A stretch of DNA of 64,000 bases from an uncultured Chloroflexia bacterium (GCA_963850945.1 CAWKNE010000008.1:160812-224811); one strand, 5' to 3'. Numbered from the stretch's first letter, positions 1-11,222 are shown. A program made the numbers and translations. Notes: generated by a model not told the origin, from the sequence alone.

Positions 1-1
1 A

Positions 2-464
2 ACTTATTATTATCAACCCAAAGGAAAACCTCTTGTTATTGGAACCATGGATGGAACTACTCTGTTGGATGTAATTCCTGCTTATGGCGAGGCGCCTTTC
101 GTAATCGGTCCTTTTCGCGCCAACGACCAACAAGGGCGGTCCGGTCACCTGGTATGATTTGCAGGAGGAGGGCCAGACCGCTACACTTCCCAGGCAGGAC
201 CTTGCGGTGCAAACAGGCGCCAACTCCTATTCCGCTGGCAGCTGGTTATATGTGCGAGGGGAGATACTAAACAATGGAACAACGGATGCAAAATTTGTAA
301 AAGCAGTCATCACGTTGTACGATCAGTATGGAAATGTCATCGGCGCATTCTCTACCTATACGAATCCAAGCACCGTCCCGGCCGGAGGCTATGCACCTTT
401 CACGGCATCCACGGAATATTGGCCTAACTTTGATCACTTTACCGTGCAAGTCCAGGGACAATAA
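2..464 (+). CDS. FxLYD-domain protein, 3' part (enters from upstream; apparent 1-nt frame break near 105-125)
   Basis: ORF 159..464 contains an ITLYD (FxLYD-type) motif. Its frame is open back to 105. A second frame (2..157, ...YYYQPKGKPLVIGTMDGTTLLDVIPAYGEAPFVIGPF) abuts it, so this looks like one gene with a frame break. Confidence 0.45.
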
Positions 465-531
465 GCGTGACCCGCTGAAAAAAGTACGGTATAATTCCGC
501 CGCTCTGACACCCAAAAGGTGCTCAGGCAAT

Positions 532-618
532 GGAGAGGTCGCGTAGCTTGGTTTAGCGCGCACGCCTGGAGAGCGTGTTTCCCGCAAGGGAACGCGGGTT
601 CAAATCCCGCCCTCTCCG
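532..618 (+). tRNA. tRNA-Ser(GGA): tRNA-Ser (anticodon GGA), type II with long variable arm
   Basis: Cloverleaf read directly. Acceptor GGAGAGG/CCTCTCC. Anticodon stem CACGC/GCGTG with loop CTGGAGA. Variable arm TTCCC-GCAA-GGGAA. T arm GCGGG-TTCAAAT-CCCGC. Discriminator G. No encoded CCA. Confidence 0.9.
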
Positions 619-626
619 CTGAATAT

Positions 627-662
627 AAAAAACGTTCCTTCTTTGGTAGGAACGTTTTTTAT
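627..662 (+). terminator. Rho-independent terminator (A-tract before, T-tract after; could act on both strands)
   Basis: Stem AACGTTCCT (631-639) / AGGAACGTT (648-656), 8-nt loop, then a T run 657-661. Confidence 0.7.
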
Positions 663-762
663 TTAAGAGCGCCGGTATCTTTATGATCAAGAATAAAGAA
701 ATAAACAATCCCTGCCATTTATGATTTAACAGGGATTGCATTGAACATTATTTATAAACTCA

Positions 763-2715
763 TTACGGATTTAAACTTATGAGGTAAGCGATGACATCTG
801 CAATCTGTTGTTGCGATAGAACGTTCTTATCTCCCCAAGGCGGCATGGAGAAAGTCGGACCCGGACCCGCAGGCGTAGAGCCGTGCTGGATGAACAGATC
901 AAGATTTGTTACAAAGGTCATATGATCCGAACTCTTGAGCGCCGGATTGATCGGATTGAGCGCCGGGCATGATCCGGCGTCAGAACCCGGATTTGGAATG
1001 CCACCTTTCCCTTCGGTGTTATGACACGTGACGCAATTCGTGGCAAAGATTTGCGCCCCAGAATTTGGATCGCCTGTGAGATTCACCGCATCGCCTGGTC
1101 CTCCGGGATTGGATGGACGCGGAATGCCAGAAGATGGAGAAGCCGCGGCCGCAGATGTAGCTACAGCAACTGGTGCCGTTGTCGGTTGAGAAGCCGCTGT
1201 CAGTGTTGCTGTGGCAGAAGACGAGGGAGCCGCGGCCGCTTCGGATGTTGAAGCGGATATGGGATTCAAGCTGATAACATACGCAATTACATCTGCAATT
1301 TGCTGCGGAGTTAAAGTTTCTTATCGCCCCAAGGAGGCATCGAGAAGGTCGGGTTGGTTCCATCCGGCGTGGAACCATGCTCAACAAACAAATCCACGTT
1401 GTACGCAAATACCTTCGGATCCGCATTCGCAATCGTCGGATCAATCGGATTCAACGGCGGAACCGTCCCATCACTCGATCCCGGATTCGGGTTCCCGCCT
1501 TTGCCTTGAGCCGCATGACAGGTTTGACAATTTGCAACAAAGACCGCTGCACCTGCCGTCGCATCCCCCGTCAGATTGAGCGCAGCTCCCGGCCCTCCCG
1601 GATTCGAAGGCCGCGCAATCTCCACTCCACCCTGTGGTGTCGCAGTTACACTCGCAACCGGATTCAGGCTGATCACATAAGCAATCACATCCGCAATCTG
1701 CTGAGGCGTCAATACCTTCTTGTCACCCCAGGCCGGCATCGAATACGTCGGATTCGTCCCGTCCGGCGTGGAACCATGCTCCACAAACAAATCCACATTG
1801 TACGCAAATACTTTGGGATCGGCATTGGCAATCGTGGGATCAATCGGATTCAGCGGCGGAATGGTTCCATCATCCGAACCGGGATTTGGATTCCCGCCTT
1901 TGCCTTGGGACGCATGACAGATTTGACAATTGGCCGCAAAGATTTGGGCACCCGAAATCGCATTCCCCGTCAGATTGAGTGCAGCTCCCGGCCCTCCCGG
2001 ATTGGACGGACGAGCAATTTCTTCCGTTGGCGCAGAGGCAGAAACAGGCGTTGCTGTCACAGATGCACCCGAGGGCGTTCCTGTGGCTGAAGCCGATACC
2101 GGATTCAAACTAATGACATAGGAAATTACATCCGCAATCTGCTGCGGAGTTAAAAGTTTCTTATCGCCCCAAGGGGGCATCGAGAAAGTCGGATTCGTTC
2201 CATCCGGCGTTGAACCATGCTCCACAAACAAATCCATATTGTAGGCAAATACTTTGGGATCGGCGTTGGCAATCGTTGGGTCAATCGGGTTGAGTGGCGG
2301 AATGGTTCCATCATCTGAACCGGGATTCGGGTTTCCGCCCTTGCCTTGAGCCGCATGACAGATTTGGCAATTCGCCGCAAAGATTTGGGCACCCGAATTC
2401 GGATCCCCCGTCAAATTGAGCGCAGCTCCCGGCCCTCCCGGATTTCGAAGGTCGCGCAATCTCGGAAGCACCCGCTTCAGTCGGCGCGGCAGTTGCAGAA
2501 GTGGCAGTAGGAGTTGATGGAAGAAAACGAACTTGCGCAGGCAACGTAGCTGGAATCAAAGTAGGAATGGATGTACGCTGCACTTTCGGCAAGGCTCCAT
2601 TGCAATTGTTCAGAGCGTAGCCGCAACCCGAAAAGGTCAAAAACGAAACCCATCCCACAATAATGGCAATAAATCCGATGATCACACCATATAGTATTTT
2701 GCGAAAATCATCCAT
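763..2715 (-). CDS. Membrane-anchored four-domain (tetra-monoheme) class I cytochrome c; two apparent 1-nt frame breaks
   Basis: ORF pieces 2311..2715, 1311..2471 and 763..1269 join into one reading. It has an N-terminal TM helix (IIGFIAIIVGWVSFLTF) and then four domains, each with CxxCH (CQICHA, CQICHA, CQTCHA, CVTCHN) and MPxWGDK. An SD AAGGAGG lies directly upstream of the ATG at 2715, 9 nt after the actE stop. Both breaks are homopolymer-length differences versus paralogous repeats. Confidence 0.8.
826..2460 (-). repeat. Intragenic tandem repeats (about 400-500 bp unit) encoding the cytochrome c modules
   Basis: Long near-identical DNA stretches recur, e.g. around 1321-1620, 1720-2010 and 2161-2450. 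A fourth, more diverged unit lies at about 826-1110. Confidence 0.8.
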
Positions 2716-2724
2716 GCTCCCTCC

Positions 2725-3240
2725 TTACTTCAAAGTGCGGACAAAATTGACCACATCCCAACGCTCACGCACCAGCAGGTTCTCGTTAAGCGCAGGCATG
2801 TAGCCCGGTATACCATTCGTGATCGTCATAAAAATAGCTCCATCGCTCAAGAATTGAACTGCGGGGCTAGTCAGATCAGCAGGTTTGTTTTCGATATACG
2901 AAGCAACCGTTCCATCCCCTTTTCCTCCCGATCCATGACAAATGGCACAGTTGATTTGGAAAAGTTCCGCACCGCGCACCAGCGACGTCTGGTCAGCCGG
3001 AACGGGGTTCTTCGGCGCGCCCATGTTCGGGATATCAGCCGGTCCCTCGATTGGAATAGATTGTGTCGCAACAGGAAGCGGATGTTCCATCTGTTGCATC
3101 GCCGGCGAAAGCCCCATGAAACTAACCCATTGGACCTTGATCACGTCGTAGGAGAACAGCAGGGATATTCCAAAAAGGACAATCACAACAGCAAAGATGA
3201 CCGCAAACTTTTTTAAGATAGCGCTCAAACTCATGCTCAT
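2725..3240 (-). CDS. actE: Alternative complex III monoheme cytochrome c subunit (ActE-like)
   Basis: 171 aa with an N-terminal TM helix and a single CAICHG heme motif. Its position after actD fits the operon order. Confidence 0.7.
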   Translation of the reverse strand: MSMSLSAILKKFAVIFAVVIVLFGISLLFSYDVIKVQWVSFMGLSPAMQQMEHPLPVATQSIPIEGPADIPNMGAPKNPVPADQTSLVRGAELFQINCAICHGSGGKGDGTVASYIENKPADLTSPAVQFLSDGAIFMTITNGIPGYMPALNENLLVRERWDVVNFVRTLK

Positions 3241-3761
3241 AGTTGACGTGCCTCCGCCGGATTCACCAATTCAGCCCCAACCTTCTTGAGAGCATCAACA
3301 AGCTTTTTTTGTTGGCCGTCTGGGCAGCGGAAGAGAATAGCAATTTTTCCATCACTGATTTCTGGAACATATTCCTTGGGAGTATAGGATGGAAAGCCGC
3401 TATCCACTAACATCCCCAGAAAAGCAAAGCCCATTAGACCCAACATGGTCATTTCAAAGGTAATGATGAGGCCTTGAGGCACGGGGTACACCGGCTGACC
3501 GCCGACATTCAATGGAAATAGGAACGGAGTGCCATAAATCAGGAATAATCCAAACAACATTCCAAGGATGGCTCCGGCCATCGCAATGCGCGAGACGTAA
3601 CTCAATGCAGATGGGCGGCCCAAAATGGTTTCCTTGATTGGGATGCCTGAGATGACATTCATCTGCTCATCGCTAACGCCCAACTGATGCAGTTTTTCAA
3701 TCCCATTCACGGCAGGTTCAATCTCTTCAAAGACAGCCAAAAGCATCGTGGAATCAGACAT
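3237..3761 (-). CDS. actD: Alternative complex III subunit ActD (DUF3341-type membrane protein)
   Basis: 174 aa. Soluble N-terminal part (LLAVFEEIEPAVNGIEKLHQLGV) followed by two TM helices. Sits between the NrfD-like and monoheme subunits and overlaps the actE start. Confidence 0.7.
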   Translation of the reverse strand: MSDSTMLLAVFEEIEPAVNGIEKLHQLGVSDEQMNVISGIPIKETILGRPSALSYVSRIAMAGAILGMLFGLFLIYGTPFLFPLNVGGQPVYPVPQGLIITFEMTMLGLMGFAFLGMLVDSGFPSYTPKEYVPEISDGKIAILFRCPDGQQKKLVDALKKVGAELVNPAEARQL

Positions 3762-3777
3762 ATCTTACTCCTTCCAC

Positions 3778-5136
3778 TCAATCAATCTCACTTACAGTTG
3801 AAATTTTAGCTTTACCAACCTTGCGAAGGATGTGACTCTCCTGGCCTTCTTGTACTTCCCAGACCGGAATCAACGGGATCATCCTCGATGCCAACAGATA
3901 AAGCAGGAAGAAAAACGCAAAATTACCGATGGTCAACACGATCTCAATGTGCGGTACATAGATACGCCATGTGAAGGGCATCCGATTAATCGTCAGGGTT
4001 TCCGGAATAATCACGTACCGTTCGAGCCACATCCCGATGTTGATCACTCCGCCAAGAATCGCCAAGAGCCATGGAATTCGGCGCCATCTTTTGTTCCAAA
4101 GGATAACCAATGGCGCAAGATTACAGAACAACATGCCATACCAAAGATACCACAGCGGCCCCGTTTGAATGAAAGTGTTCAAGATCTTATCCCACACATC
4201 TCCTCCATACCACGGAACCAGGTAATCGTTGAAGTAGAAATAGGCCCATGCCAACGAGACCAAGAACATTAACATGCCAAGCGCTTCAAAATGCTCCGGT
4301 CGCAGGAAATATTTCATGTTCTTCATCGTCGAGCGGATCATGAAAAGCACGATCGCTACGGCCGCCATACCTGATTGCAATGCCCCAATGACAAAGTACG
4401 GCCCAAAGACCGAAGAAGACCAGCCAGGCCTGGTGGCCATGGCAAAGTCCCAAGACACGATGGTATGAACCGAGAACATGACCGGGATGATCGCAAAGGC
4501 AAAGATATTCATGGCAGTTTTTAAATTCTTCCACTCGCCCTCTGTGCCGCGAAAGCCGATGGCAAGAATCTTGTAGAATGTTCTACGCCAGCCGGTGGAA
4601 CGGTCACGCGCCATTGCCAGGTCCGGGATGAGCGGGAGGAAGAGATACATGGTGCTGCAAAGCAAATACGTATTGATCGCCATGAAGTCCCACATCAACG
4701 GGGAATGAAAATCAGGCCACAAGCCGCGCTCATTGGGATATGGCACCAGCCAATAAGACAACCAGACGCGGCCCATATGCAGGAACACGCTGATACCAGC
4801 TTGCACCAATCCGAAGGTAGTCATCAACTCCGCGGCACGCGTAAACGGACGTCGGGATTTAACCTTCAGGACGCGCAGAATCGCCGAGATGAAAGTCCCT
4901 GCATGACTGATACCGATCCAGAACACAACCTCGACCAGGAATATTCCCCAATAAACTGGACGATTTACACCGGCCACACCGACGCCTTCCATGATCAGGT
5001 AATACCAGGCTGCAAACAAGCAGGTCACCACAAGGAACGCCAGAATGCCGGTGAGAGTCCAATATTTCCATGTGGTGGAATGCATGGAATCCAACACCAT
5101 GGAGTTCATTTCCCCGCGCGGCATCGGATCATGCAT
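3778..5136 (-). CDS. actC: Alternative complex III quinol-interacting membrane subunit (NrfD/PsrC-like, ActC)
   Basis: 452 aa, polytopic, with NrfD-family appearance. Operon context with the FeS and multiheme subunits supports the call. Confidence 0.75.
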   Translation of the reverse strand: MHDPMPRGEMNSMVLDSMHSTTWKYWTLTGILAFLVVTCLFAAWYYLIMEGVGVAGVNRPVYWGIFLVEVVFWIGISHAGTFISAILRVLKVKSRRPFTRAAELMTTFGLVQAGISVFLHMGRVWLSYWLVPYPNERGLWPDFHSPLMWDFMAINTYLLCSTMYLFLPLIPDLAMARDRSTGWRRTFYKILAIGFRGTEGEWKNLKTAMNIFAFAIIPVMFSVHTIVSWDFAMATRPGWSSSVFGPYFVIGALQSGMAAVAIVLFMIRSTMKNMKYFLRPEHFEALGMLMFLVSLAWAYFYFNDYLVPWYGGDVWDKILNTFIQTGPLWYLWYGMLFCNLAPLVILWNKRWRRIPWLLAILGGVINIGMWLERYVIIPETLTINRMPFTWRIYVPHIEIVLTIGNFAFFFLLYLLASRMIPLIPVWEVQEGQESHILRKVGKAKISTVSEID

Positions 5137-5209
5137 CAGATGTTCTTTGGGATCTTCGACCTCCTCCGCGGGCGAACGTGTGAATAACGGTTTTGTAATT
5201 GCGCTCGAT

Positions 5210-5968
5210 TTAAGCTCCTCCCGCCAGATAGGTCACGCGCGGCAAAGTTCCAAGCTCCTCCAACAAATGACTGCCGCGGCTGGTTGCGGATGCCTGGCTG
5301 ACTTTTGAAGTCGGATCATCAAGTTTGCCAAAGATGATGGCATCGGCTGGACAAGCCTGTGCACACGCCGGAACCACTTCCCCATCACGGATCGCACGGC
5401 TTTCGGAATCAGCTGTGTCTTCTGCATGCCGAATGCGCTGAATACAGAACGTGCATTTTTCCATCACACCGCGTCGGCGTACGGTCACATCCGGATTGAG
5501 CTGATTCTGAAGTGTCACCAGCTCCGGGTGAATGCGAGCATCCGTATAATCGCGCCAATTGAACACGCGCGCCTGATATGGACAGTTGTTGGCGCAATAA
5601 CGCGTGCCCACACAGCGATTATAGACCTGCAGATTTAAATCTTCTGATTCGCTGTGTACCGAAGCGAACACCGGACAAACCGGTTCGCACGGCGCATTGT
5701 GACATTGCTGGCACATCACCGGTTGATAAGGCGTCATCTTGATATCCGGATAACTTCCCTGCCAAAAACGTTCGACGCGAATCCATTGGATGGAACGGCC
5801 GTAGCCGGCATCCACTTCGCCAACGAACGCAATGTTATTTTCCATAGCGCAGGCGGTTACGCAAGCCTGACATCCGGTGCACAAATCCTGATCAATCACC
5901 ATGCCCCAAACATTGGATGTCACAATTTCATTATTGTTGGACACAGGAGCTTGAAGTTTATCAGTCAT
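5210..5968 (-). CDS. actB: Alternative complex III iron-sulfur subunit (ActB2-like, 4Fe-4S ferredoxin-type)
   Basis: Multiple Cys clusters: CTGCQACVTAC, CQQCHNAPCEPVCP, CVGTRYCANNCPY, CAQACP. It is a separate ORF from the molybdopterin-like part (stop/start gap 5969-5979). Confidence 0.8.
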   Translation of the reverse strand: MTDKLQAPVSNNNEIVTSNVWGMVIDQDLCTGCQACVTACAMENNIAFVGEVDAGYGRSIQWIRVERFWQGSYPDIKMTPYQPVMCQQCHNAPCEPVCPVFASVHSESEDLNLQVYNRCVGTRYCANNCPYQARVFNWRDYTDARIHPELVTLQNQLNPDVTVRRRGVMEKCTFCIQRIRHAEDTADSESRAIRDGEVVPACAQACPADAIIFGKLDDPTSKVSQASATSRGSHLLEELGTLPRVTYLAGGA

Positions 5969-5979
5969 AGATTTTTCTC

Positions 5980-8216
5980 CTATTTCGCGTTAAACCCATA
6001 AACGCCAAGAATGCTTTCCATTCGAGATAATTGTCGCTTCTTTCCGGTTTTTTCAACTCTAACTTTCATGGAGGCGAAAGCCAGATCACCAGCCTCATTG
6101 GTTGCATTGCTCAGTAGATCAGCTGGATTGACGCCGCGTCCTTGAGCGAATTGCCCGTAAGCCGTGTGCCCCTGCCCAAAGGGCATGGCGATCGTATCCG
6201 GACGAATGGCCGGGTACATATAAACTGAGGCTTCCACTGTCCCCGCGTTGGATATGATGGATACAACATCGTCATCCTCAATACCCAACTCCTTCGCGGA
6301 TTCTGGATTGATCTCGACCCAAGTATTCCACATCACGGTCGTGGTTGGGTCGGGAACTTCCTGCAGCCACGGTTTGTTCGCACCTGCCTCGCCCCATATC
6401 GGCGATACGAAAGGTATAAAATAAAAATCACCATCGCCGCTGAACTGCGCAGGTGAGGGATTGAAAGCGTGATTCAAAATATCGGTGCTTGATGGAGCAA
6501 CACGGTTATCGCCGGTTTTCCACCAGCCACCATTTTGCTGGAAGTAAGCGGTGAACGTGTTAATATCCGAGGCAGAGAAAAAGCCATCGCTGGAATTGAG
6601 CAAACCATTGAGTTGGTTCTGAATGTATTCCAATTCATCCGTGAACTTCAACGCAGATGCCAACACACCTCCCACCTTTTGGGCGGCAGCTAATAAAACA
6701 TCGGCTGTTGCGCGCGCATCATAGAATAATTGAGGCTGACTTCCATCTACGGTGTAGACACCGGAGACAACCGGCTGTGCGCCGGAAAGGATCGCAGAGC
6801 CTGCGCCCGTCGCGACTTTTTGATAGCCCCACGATTTTAGCGGATGACGATCAGGGAAGATGTAATCGGCCTGCACCGCCGTTTCATCCGGGAAGGTCGC
6901 GAACGAAATGATCTGGGGCACATTCTTTAAGGCGTCCAGTAGATCGAGCGACTGGGGAAGTTCAAATACAGGATTGACACCATGAACGAATAACACCTTG
7001 ATACTGCCGGAGTTAAGCTGAGCGACGAAATCAGTCATCTCTTTAATATTGGCCGGTCGATGATATTGATCCGCTAGAGGCGCAATCGGCGACAGGAATA
7101 CGCCGCCATCTTTGCCAATGTTATTGACAAGAACGTTCAAGGTCAGCACGGCCTCCGCCGTTTGCAAACCATTACTCTGGCCCAACGCCGCACCGCCGGG
7201 AACAGCTAACGGATATTTGGCTTGCGCAAATAAATCTGCCAAACGCGTCAATGTAGTGGTGTCAACGCCGGCAACAGAGGCCGCGACATCGACATCCACA
7301 TTTGCAAAAGCCACGGGTAGTGCATTGCCACTTGCTTCAGAGATGAGGCGACCAAGGGCCAACGCAACCAATCCTTCGGTGCCCGGCACAATCGGAATCC
7401 ATTCATCGGCTTTGGCAGCAGTCTGTGACATACGCGCTTCGAATTGCACGAAGTATCCGCGTTGCGACGGATTTCCTCTGCGCAGGTTGGAATATCCACG
7501 CGTCTGCGCCACCGGCGAAAGCCAAGTTTCCAGAAAATTCGCGCCAAAGGAGAATACCAAATCCGAATTGCCGATATCGAAGAAGGGCAAACCCGGTTGT
7601 CCCAAGAAATCATTCGCGGCTTGCATCAAAGTGGCGCGCGCCTCAAACATGCCCAGCGCGCCGAAACGAATCGGAGCCGGCGCGCCGATGGCTTTGGTCA
7701 GGATCCGTTACAAGGTCGAAGATGTGATCCGGAGCCATACCCATCAGAAAAGCAATTTCGCCCGGCTTATTCTTGCTCAACGCATCTGTCACGACTTGGA
7801 TCGCATCATCCCAACTCATGTTCGAAGTCCACGTTTTGATTATCCGACCCGTATAAACCTTGCCCGCGCGAATGTTGAATGGGACCGCGCACTCGATTCG
7901 GATTATAAGTCCTTCCAAAGTGGCTTGCCCACGCGCACAGGTCTTTCCCAAGTTTAACCGGATTGTTTGGGTTCCCCTCCACTTTGAGGGCCCGTCCCTG
8001 CTCAGTACGGACGATGAGACCACATCCAGCAGAACATTCTCTGCACGTGGTTGCATAATATGTGTTCAGACCGTTGTAGGTATATTCCGGCATTTTGGTA
8101 TACGGCTCGCGTATTACATAACGCGCTGCAGGACCGCAACCGGTCAATACCGCCGTAGTTGCCGCGCCAACGCCTGCCAGTTTAAGAAAATTTCGCCGGG
8201 AAATCTTATTGCTCAT
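5980..8216 (-). CDS. actB: Alternative complex III molybdopterin-oxidoreductase-like subunit (ActB1-like), TAT-exported; at least two apparent frame breaks
   Basis: Twin-arginine signal MSNKISRRNFLKLAGVGAATTAVLTGC. The body is spread over three frames (7806..8216, 7643..8056 containing SWDDAIQVVTDALSKNKPGEIAFLMG, and 5980..7650). Confidence 0.75.
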
Positions 8217-8240
8217 AATGGTATGTTCCTTTCGCCCGGT

Positions 8241-8843
8241 TTAATAATGACACGTACTGCAATCGGTGAGCTTGATGCGCTCTTGGGCAAGATTTGCCGC
8301 GACTGCAGGATCATTGGCCGGATTATTTTGAGCATTATCTTCAGTCTTCGCCCGGTGGCAACTCAAGCACCAGCCCATGTTCATTACCTGGGGATTCTGA
8401 TACACGGTCATTGCGCTGACATTACCGTGGCAGTCCTCGCAATTCAATCCCGCCGCAATATGCGGACGATGAACATAATGAACGAAATCCGGAACCCACG
8501 CCACCGGTACCCATTGCAGAGGCGTGTTATTCTGTACAGCCTGAACCAGAGGAACTAGTTTGGGACTCGTCTTGGTTATAGCCAATTGTTGGTGGCATCC
8601 CCAACATTTGGATATCGTCGGCAAACCTGGTGAAGGTCCGCGCAACGCACCCGGATGACAATAAAGGCAAGGAATATGCAAAACCCCCACATGGATATTA
8701 TGTGGAAAATCAATCGGCTGTTGCGGGGTCTTTTGCGTTTGAGCAATGCCCCAGACCGCGCCGCTTAAAAGAGCGAGCAATACAATCAAAACTCCCACTC
8801 GCCCGAGCGGCTGGTTTAGCGCATTGAATAACCTTTTGATCAT
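8241..8843 (-). CDS. actA: Alternative complex III pentaheme cytochrome c (ActA)
   Basis: 200 aa with an N-terminal TM/signal and five CxxCH motifs (CLYCH, CWGCH, CEDCH, CLSCH, CSTCH). First gene of the operon. Confidence 0.8.
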   Translation of the reverse strand: MIKRLFNALNQPLGRVGVLIVLLALLSGAVWGIAQTQKTPQQPIDFPHNIHVGVLHIPCLYCHPGALRGPSPGLPTISKCWGCHQQLAITKTSPKLVPLVQAVQNNTPLQWVPVAWVPDFVHYVHRPHIAAGLNCEDCHGNVSAMTVYQNPQVMNMGWCLSCHRAKTEDNAQNNPANDPAVAANLAQERIKLTDCSTCHY

Positions 8844-9126
8844 AGATGCTCCTAAGATCGAAGATGACTTACAAACAAACCTTGCGAAAGTGGCATCGTT
8901 CGCAAGGTTTGTTTTTTTTACATCATAATAACTTTAAAGTAAGTACCAACCATTAAATTGAGCAAATATTATCTTAAAAAATGGGTCGTGGAAACTTACC
9001 CTTCTCTCCAAAATTGATCCTGGCCCGAACAACATGGGGGCGATTATACTGCAAAAATAATTGCAAGTACATATGATATGTCAAATTAGGAAATTGCCTC
9101 TATGATATACTTTGCATTCGCTGTTT

Positions 9127-9393
9127 ATGACCAAAAAACACTTGCACATTTTGCTCCCTGCTATCATCATCGGGATCGGAATACTGCTGACTCTAACCGC
9201 TTCTTCGTTCGCACCCATTGCCGGTCACGGATTAAGCAGCGCGGCAATCGCCAATGTGACACCCACACCAACAGCCTCTGCAGAGGCAACTTCACAAGCC
9301 GGATCAACCGACTGGATCACGTTGATGGGGGTCATCATCGTACTGATCGTCGTAATACCCGTATTACTCAGGCGTGCAACCTGGACAAAATGA
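9127..9393 (+). CDS. Hypothetical small membrane protein (two predicted TM helices)
   Basis: ORF 9112..9393. The internal start MTKKHLHILLPAIIIGIGILL looks better than the first ATG. No family recognised. Confidence 0.3.
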   Translation: MTKKHLHILLPAIIIGIGILLTLTASSFAPIAGHGLSSAAIANVTPTPTASAEATSQAGSTDWITLMGVIIVLIVVIPVLLRRATWTK

Positions 9394-9397
9394 ACCG

Positions 9398-9429
9398 CCC
9401 TCACCCTGTTCCTCTCTCAATGTGAGAGG
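9398..9429. repeat. GC-rich palindromic element (REP/MITE-like family, variant A, partial)
   Basis: CCCTCACC-CTGTT-CCTCTCTC-AATG-TGAGAGG. Lies between convergent genes. Confidence 0.6.
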
Positions 9430-9433
9430 CAAT

Positions 9434-10556
9434 TCACTTCCAATTCTTCGCCATTTCAATTCGTTCGCCCAGCGGCGGATGCGAATAAAACAAGAATACC
9501 ACCCACTCCTCCGGATCCACTTCTCCTAAATTTTGATTCGCTAAACGCGTCATCGCCGATGCAAATGCATCAGTCTTATTCGTTGATTGCAACGAGTATT
9601 CATCCGCCATGCGCTCGCGCCAACGCGAGATGGCATTTTCCAACGGCATCATAATCAAGCCATAGGCGCCGAGCGCCAATTCCAGTGCGGGAAAAGCCGC
9701 GACATCTGCGGCGCTGGTAAAGCCCAAAAAACGAATCGCCCAGGTCAACGCCAATGACGCAAGATACAAACCGATCAATGTTGTCAGCGTACCAAAGGTA
9801 ATCAAGAATGGAATATCCTTGTGAACTTGATGTCCCAACTCGTGAGCCAATACGGTTTCGATTTCATCTGGCGTGAATTCATTGATGAGCGTATCGCCTA
9901 AAACAATGCGACGCGTGTTGCCAATGCCGGTCAACGCGGCATTCGCGGACTTGGTGCGGCGCGACATATCGAACTTGAACACACCTTTGACCTTGGTGTT
10001 AGCGCGTTCCGCCAGCTTCATCAAACGGTCAGCGAGTTCTTGATGTTCATCGCCGAGTGGAACAAACTTATTAAAGACAGGCATGATAAGAATCGGCGCG
10101 AGGTTGGAAAGCAAAACGTTGAAGATCAACAATCCGCCCGCGGCCCACAGCCACCATGTGGTTGAAAAGGCGCGGAGAAATGTGTACAACATTTCAAGCA
10201 CGAGCAAGCCAATGGGCGCGCCGATCGCCATTCCTTTGAGTTGATCCAATACCCAATCTTTGAAGGATTGCGTGGATTGGTCAAAGCGATGCGGCAAGAC
10301 GAAGCCTTCGTAATAACCAAGCGGCAGATTCAAGACAAAATAAATTCCGCCATAGACCAATACGAAGAGCGGAACAATCAGCCACTGATTCGTTGTAAAG
10401 CCATCCAGCCAGTTACGTAGAAGAATTGTCCAGCCGAAGAAGAGCCAAGCTAAAGCGTAGACTGCGGTAAAGGTCGTGTCCACCAGCCAAAGCCGACGCG
10501 AGATGCGTGCATATTCTTTCGCTTTCGTTTGTCGTTCGGGATCGAAGTGTTGTCAT
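9434..10556 (-). CDS. M48-family zinc metallopeptidase (Ste24/HtpX-like); apparent frame break near 10545
   Basis: HExxH motif in AHELGHQVH, with multiple TM helices. The frame is open upstream (DPERQTKAKEYARISRRLWLV) but the only ATG (10556) is in another frame. Confidence 0.75.
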
Positions 10557-10653
10557 AGGTCTCCATAATAATTTCAGAAAATAAATTAAACACAAAGGAC
10601 ACTAAGCCCACGAAGGGCAACCTTTGAGTCCTTGGTGACCTTCGTGTTTAGAT

Positions 10654-11222
10654 TTATAGGGTCTTCGCCTGTTCAGCCGCAAGATGAACGATGACCTGTT
10701 CAGCCGTCATCACCTGACCATACGATTTGAGCGCGGCGAGAAACGCCTTGTGAACATGGTCGGCGGGAATGACCGTATCGCCATATTTCAAATCGCGCGT
10801 GGCACAGGCATCTTCAGCGACGATGACTTGAAAGCCGAAGTCAGCCGCGGCACGCGCAGTAGCGTCGACGCACATATGAGTCATCATGCCTGTGATGATG
10901 ACGCGCTCGATATTCCAATTCTTTAACATCTCGAGCAATTCGTTTCGCGGAACGAATTGGGATAATGTTTGATGACCAGCGGCTCACCTTCGAAGTGCGC
11001 CACGGAATCATGAATATCGGTGCCGTCGGTGTCGGGCAAAAAGAAAGTCGCAGTTGGACTCAAAGCCACATGCTGAATGTGAACATGCTGTTGATGATGC
11101 TCGCGGAAGCATTGAAGCAATTCATACGCTTTCTTGGCGGCGTCCAGCGGATTGAGCAGCTCCATCCTGCCGCCGGGGAAATAATCTTTTTGAATGTCAA
11201 TAAGTAGAAGTGCGGTTTTCAT
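10654..11222 (-). CDS. Isochorismatase-family cysteine hydrolase; apparent frame break near 10930
   Basis: The N-terminal piece 10923..11222 (ALLLIDIQKDYF) joins the C-terminal piece 10654..10938 (VIITGMMTHMCVDATARAA). Confidence 0.7.

Noticed and set aside
1377-8558. Long plus-strand ORFs, for example 1377..2090, 7112..7957 and 7860..8558. Similar ones occur elsewhere, for example 52478..53206, 59580..60122 and 61733..62308.
   Set aside because: They are antisense shadows of well-supported minus-strand genes. Their compositions are Arg/Ser/Gly-rich low-complexity with no recognisable motifs.
8873-8918. A strong hairpin (ACAAACCTTGCGA...TCGCAAGGTTTGT + T-run) upstream of actA, as a terminator.
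   Set aside because: It is oriented as a plus-strand terminator, but no plus-strand gene precedes it. It could be a leader structure of the act mRNA or a relic, and there is not enough evidence to call either.
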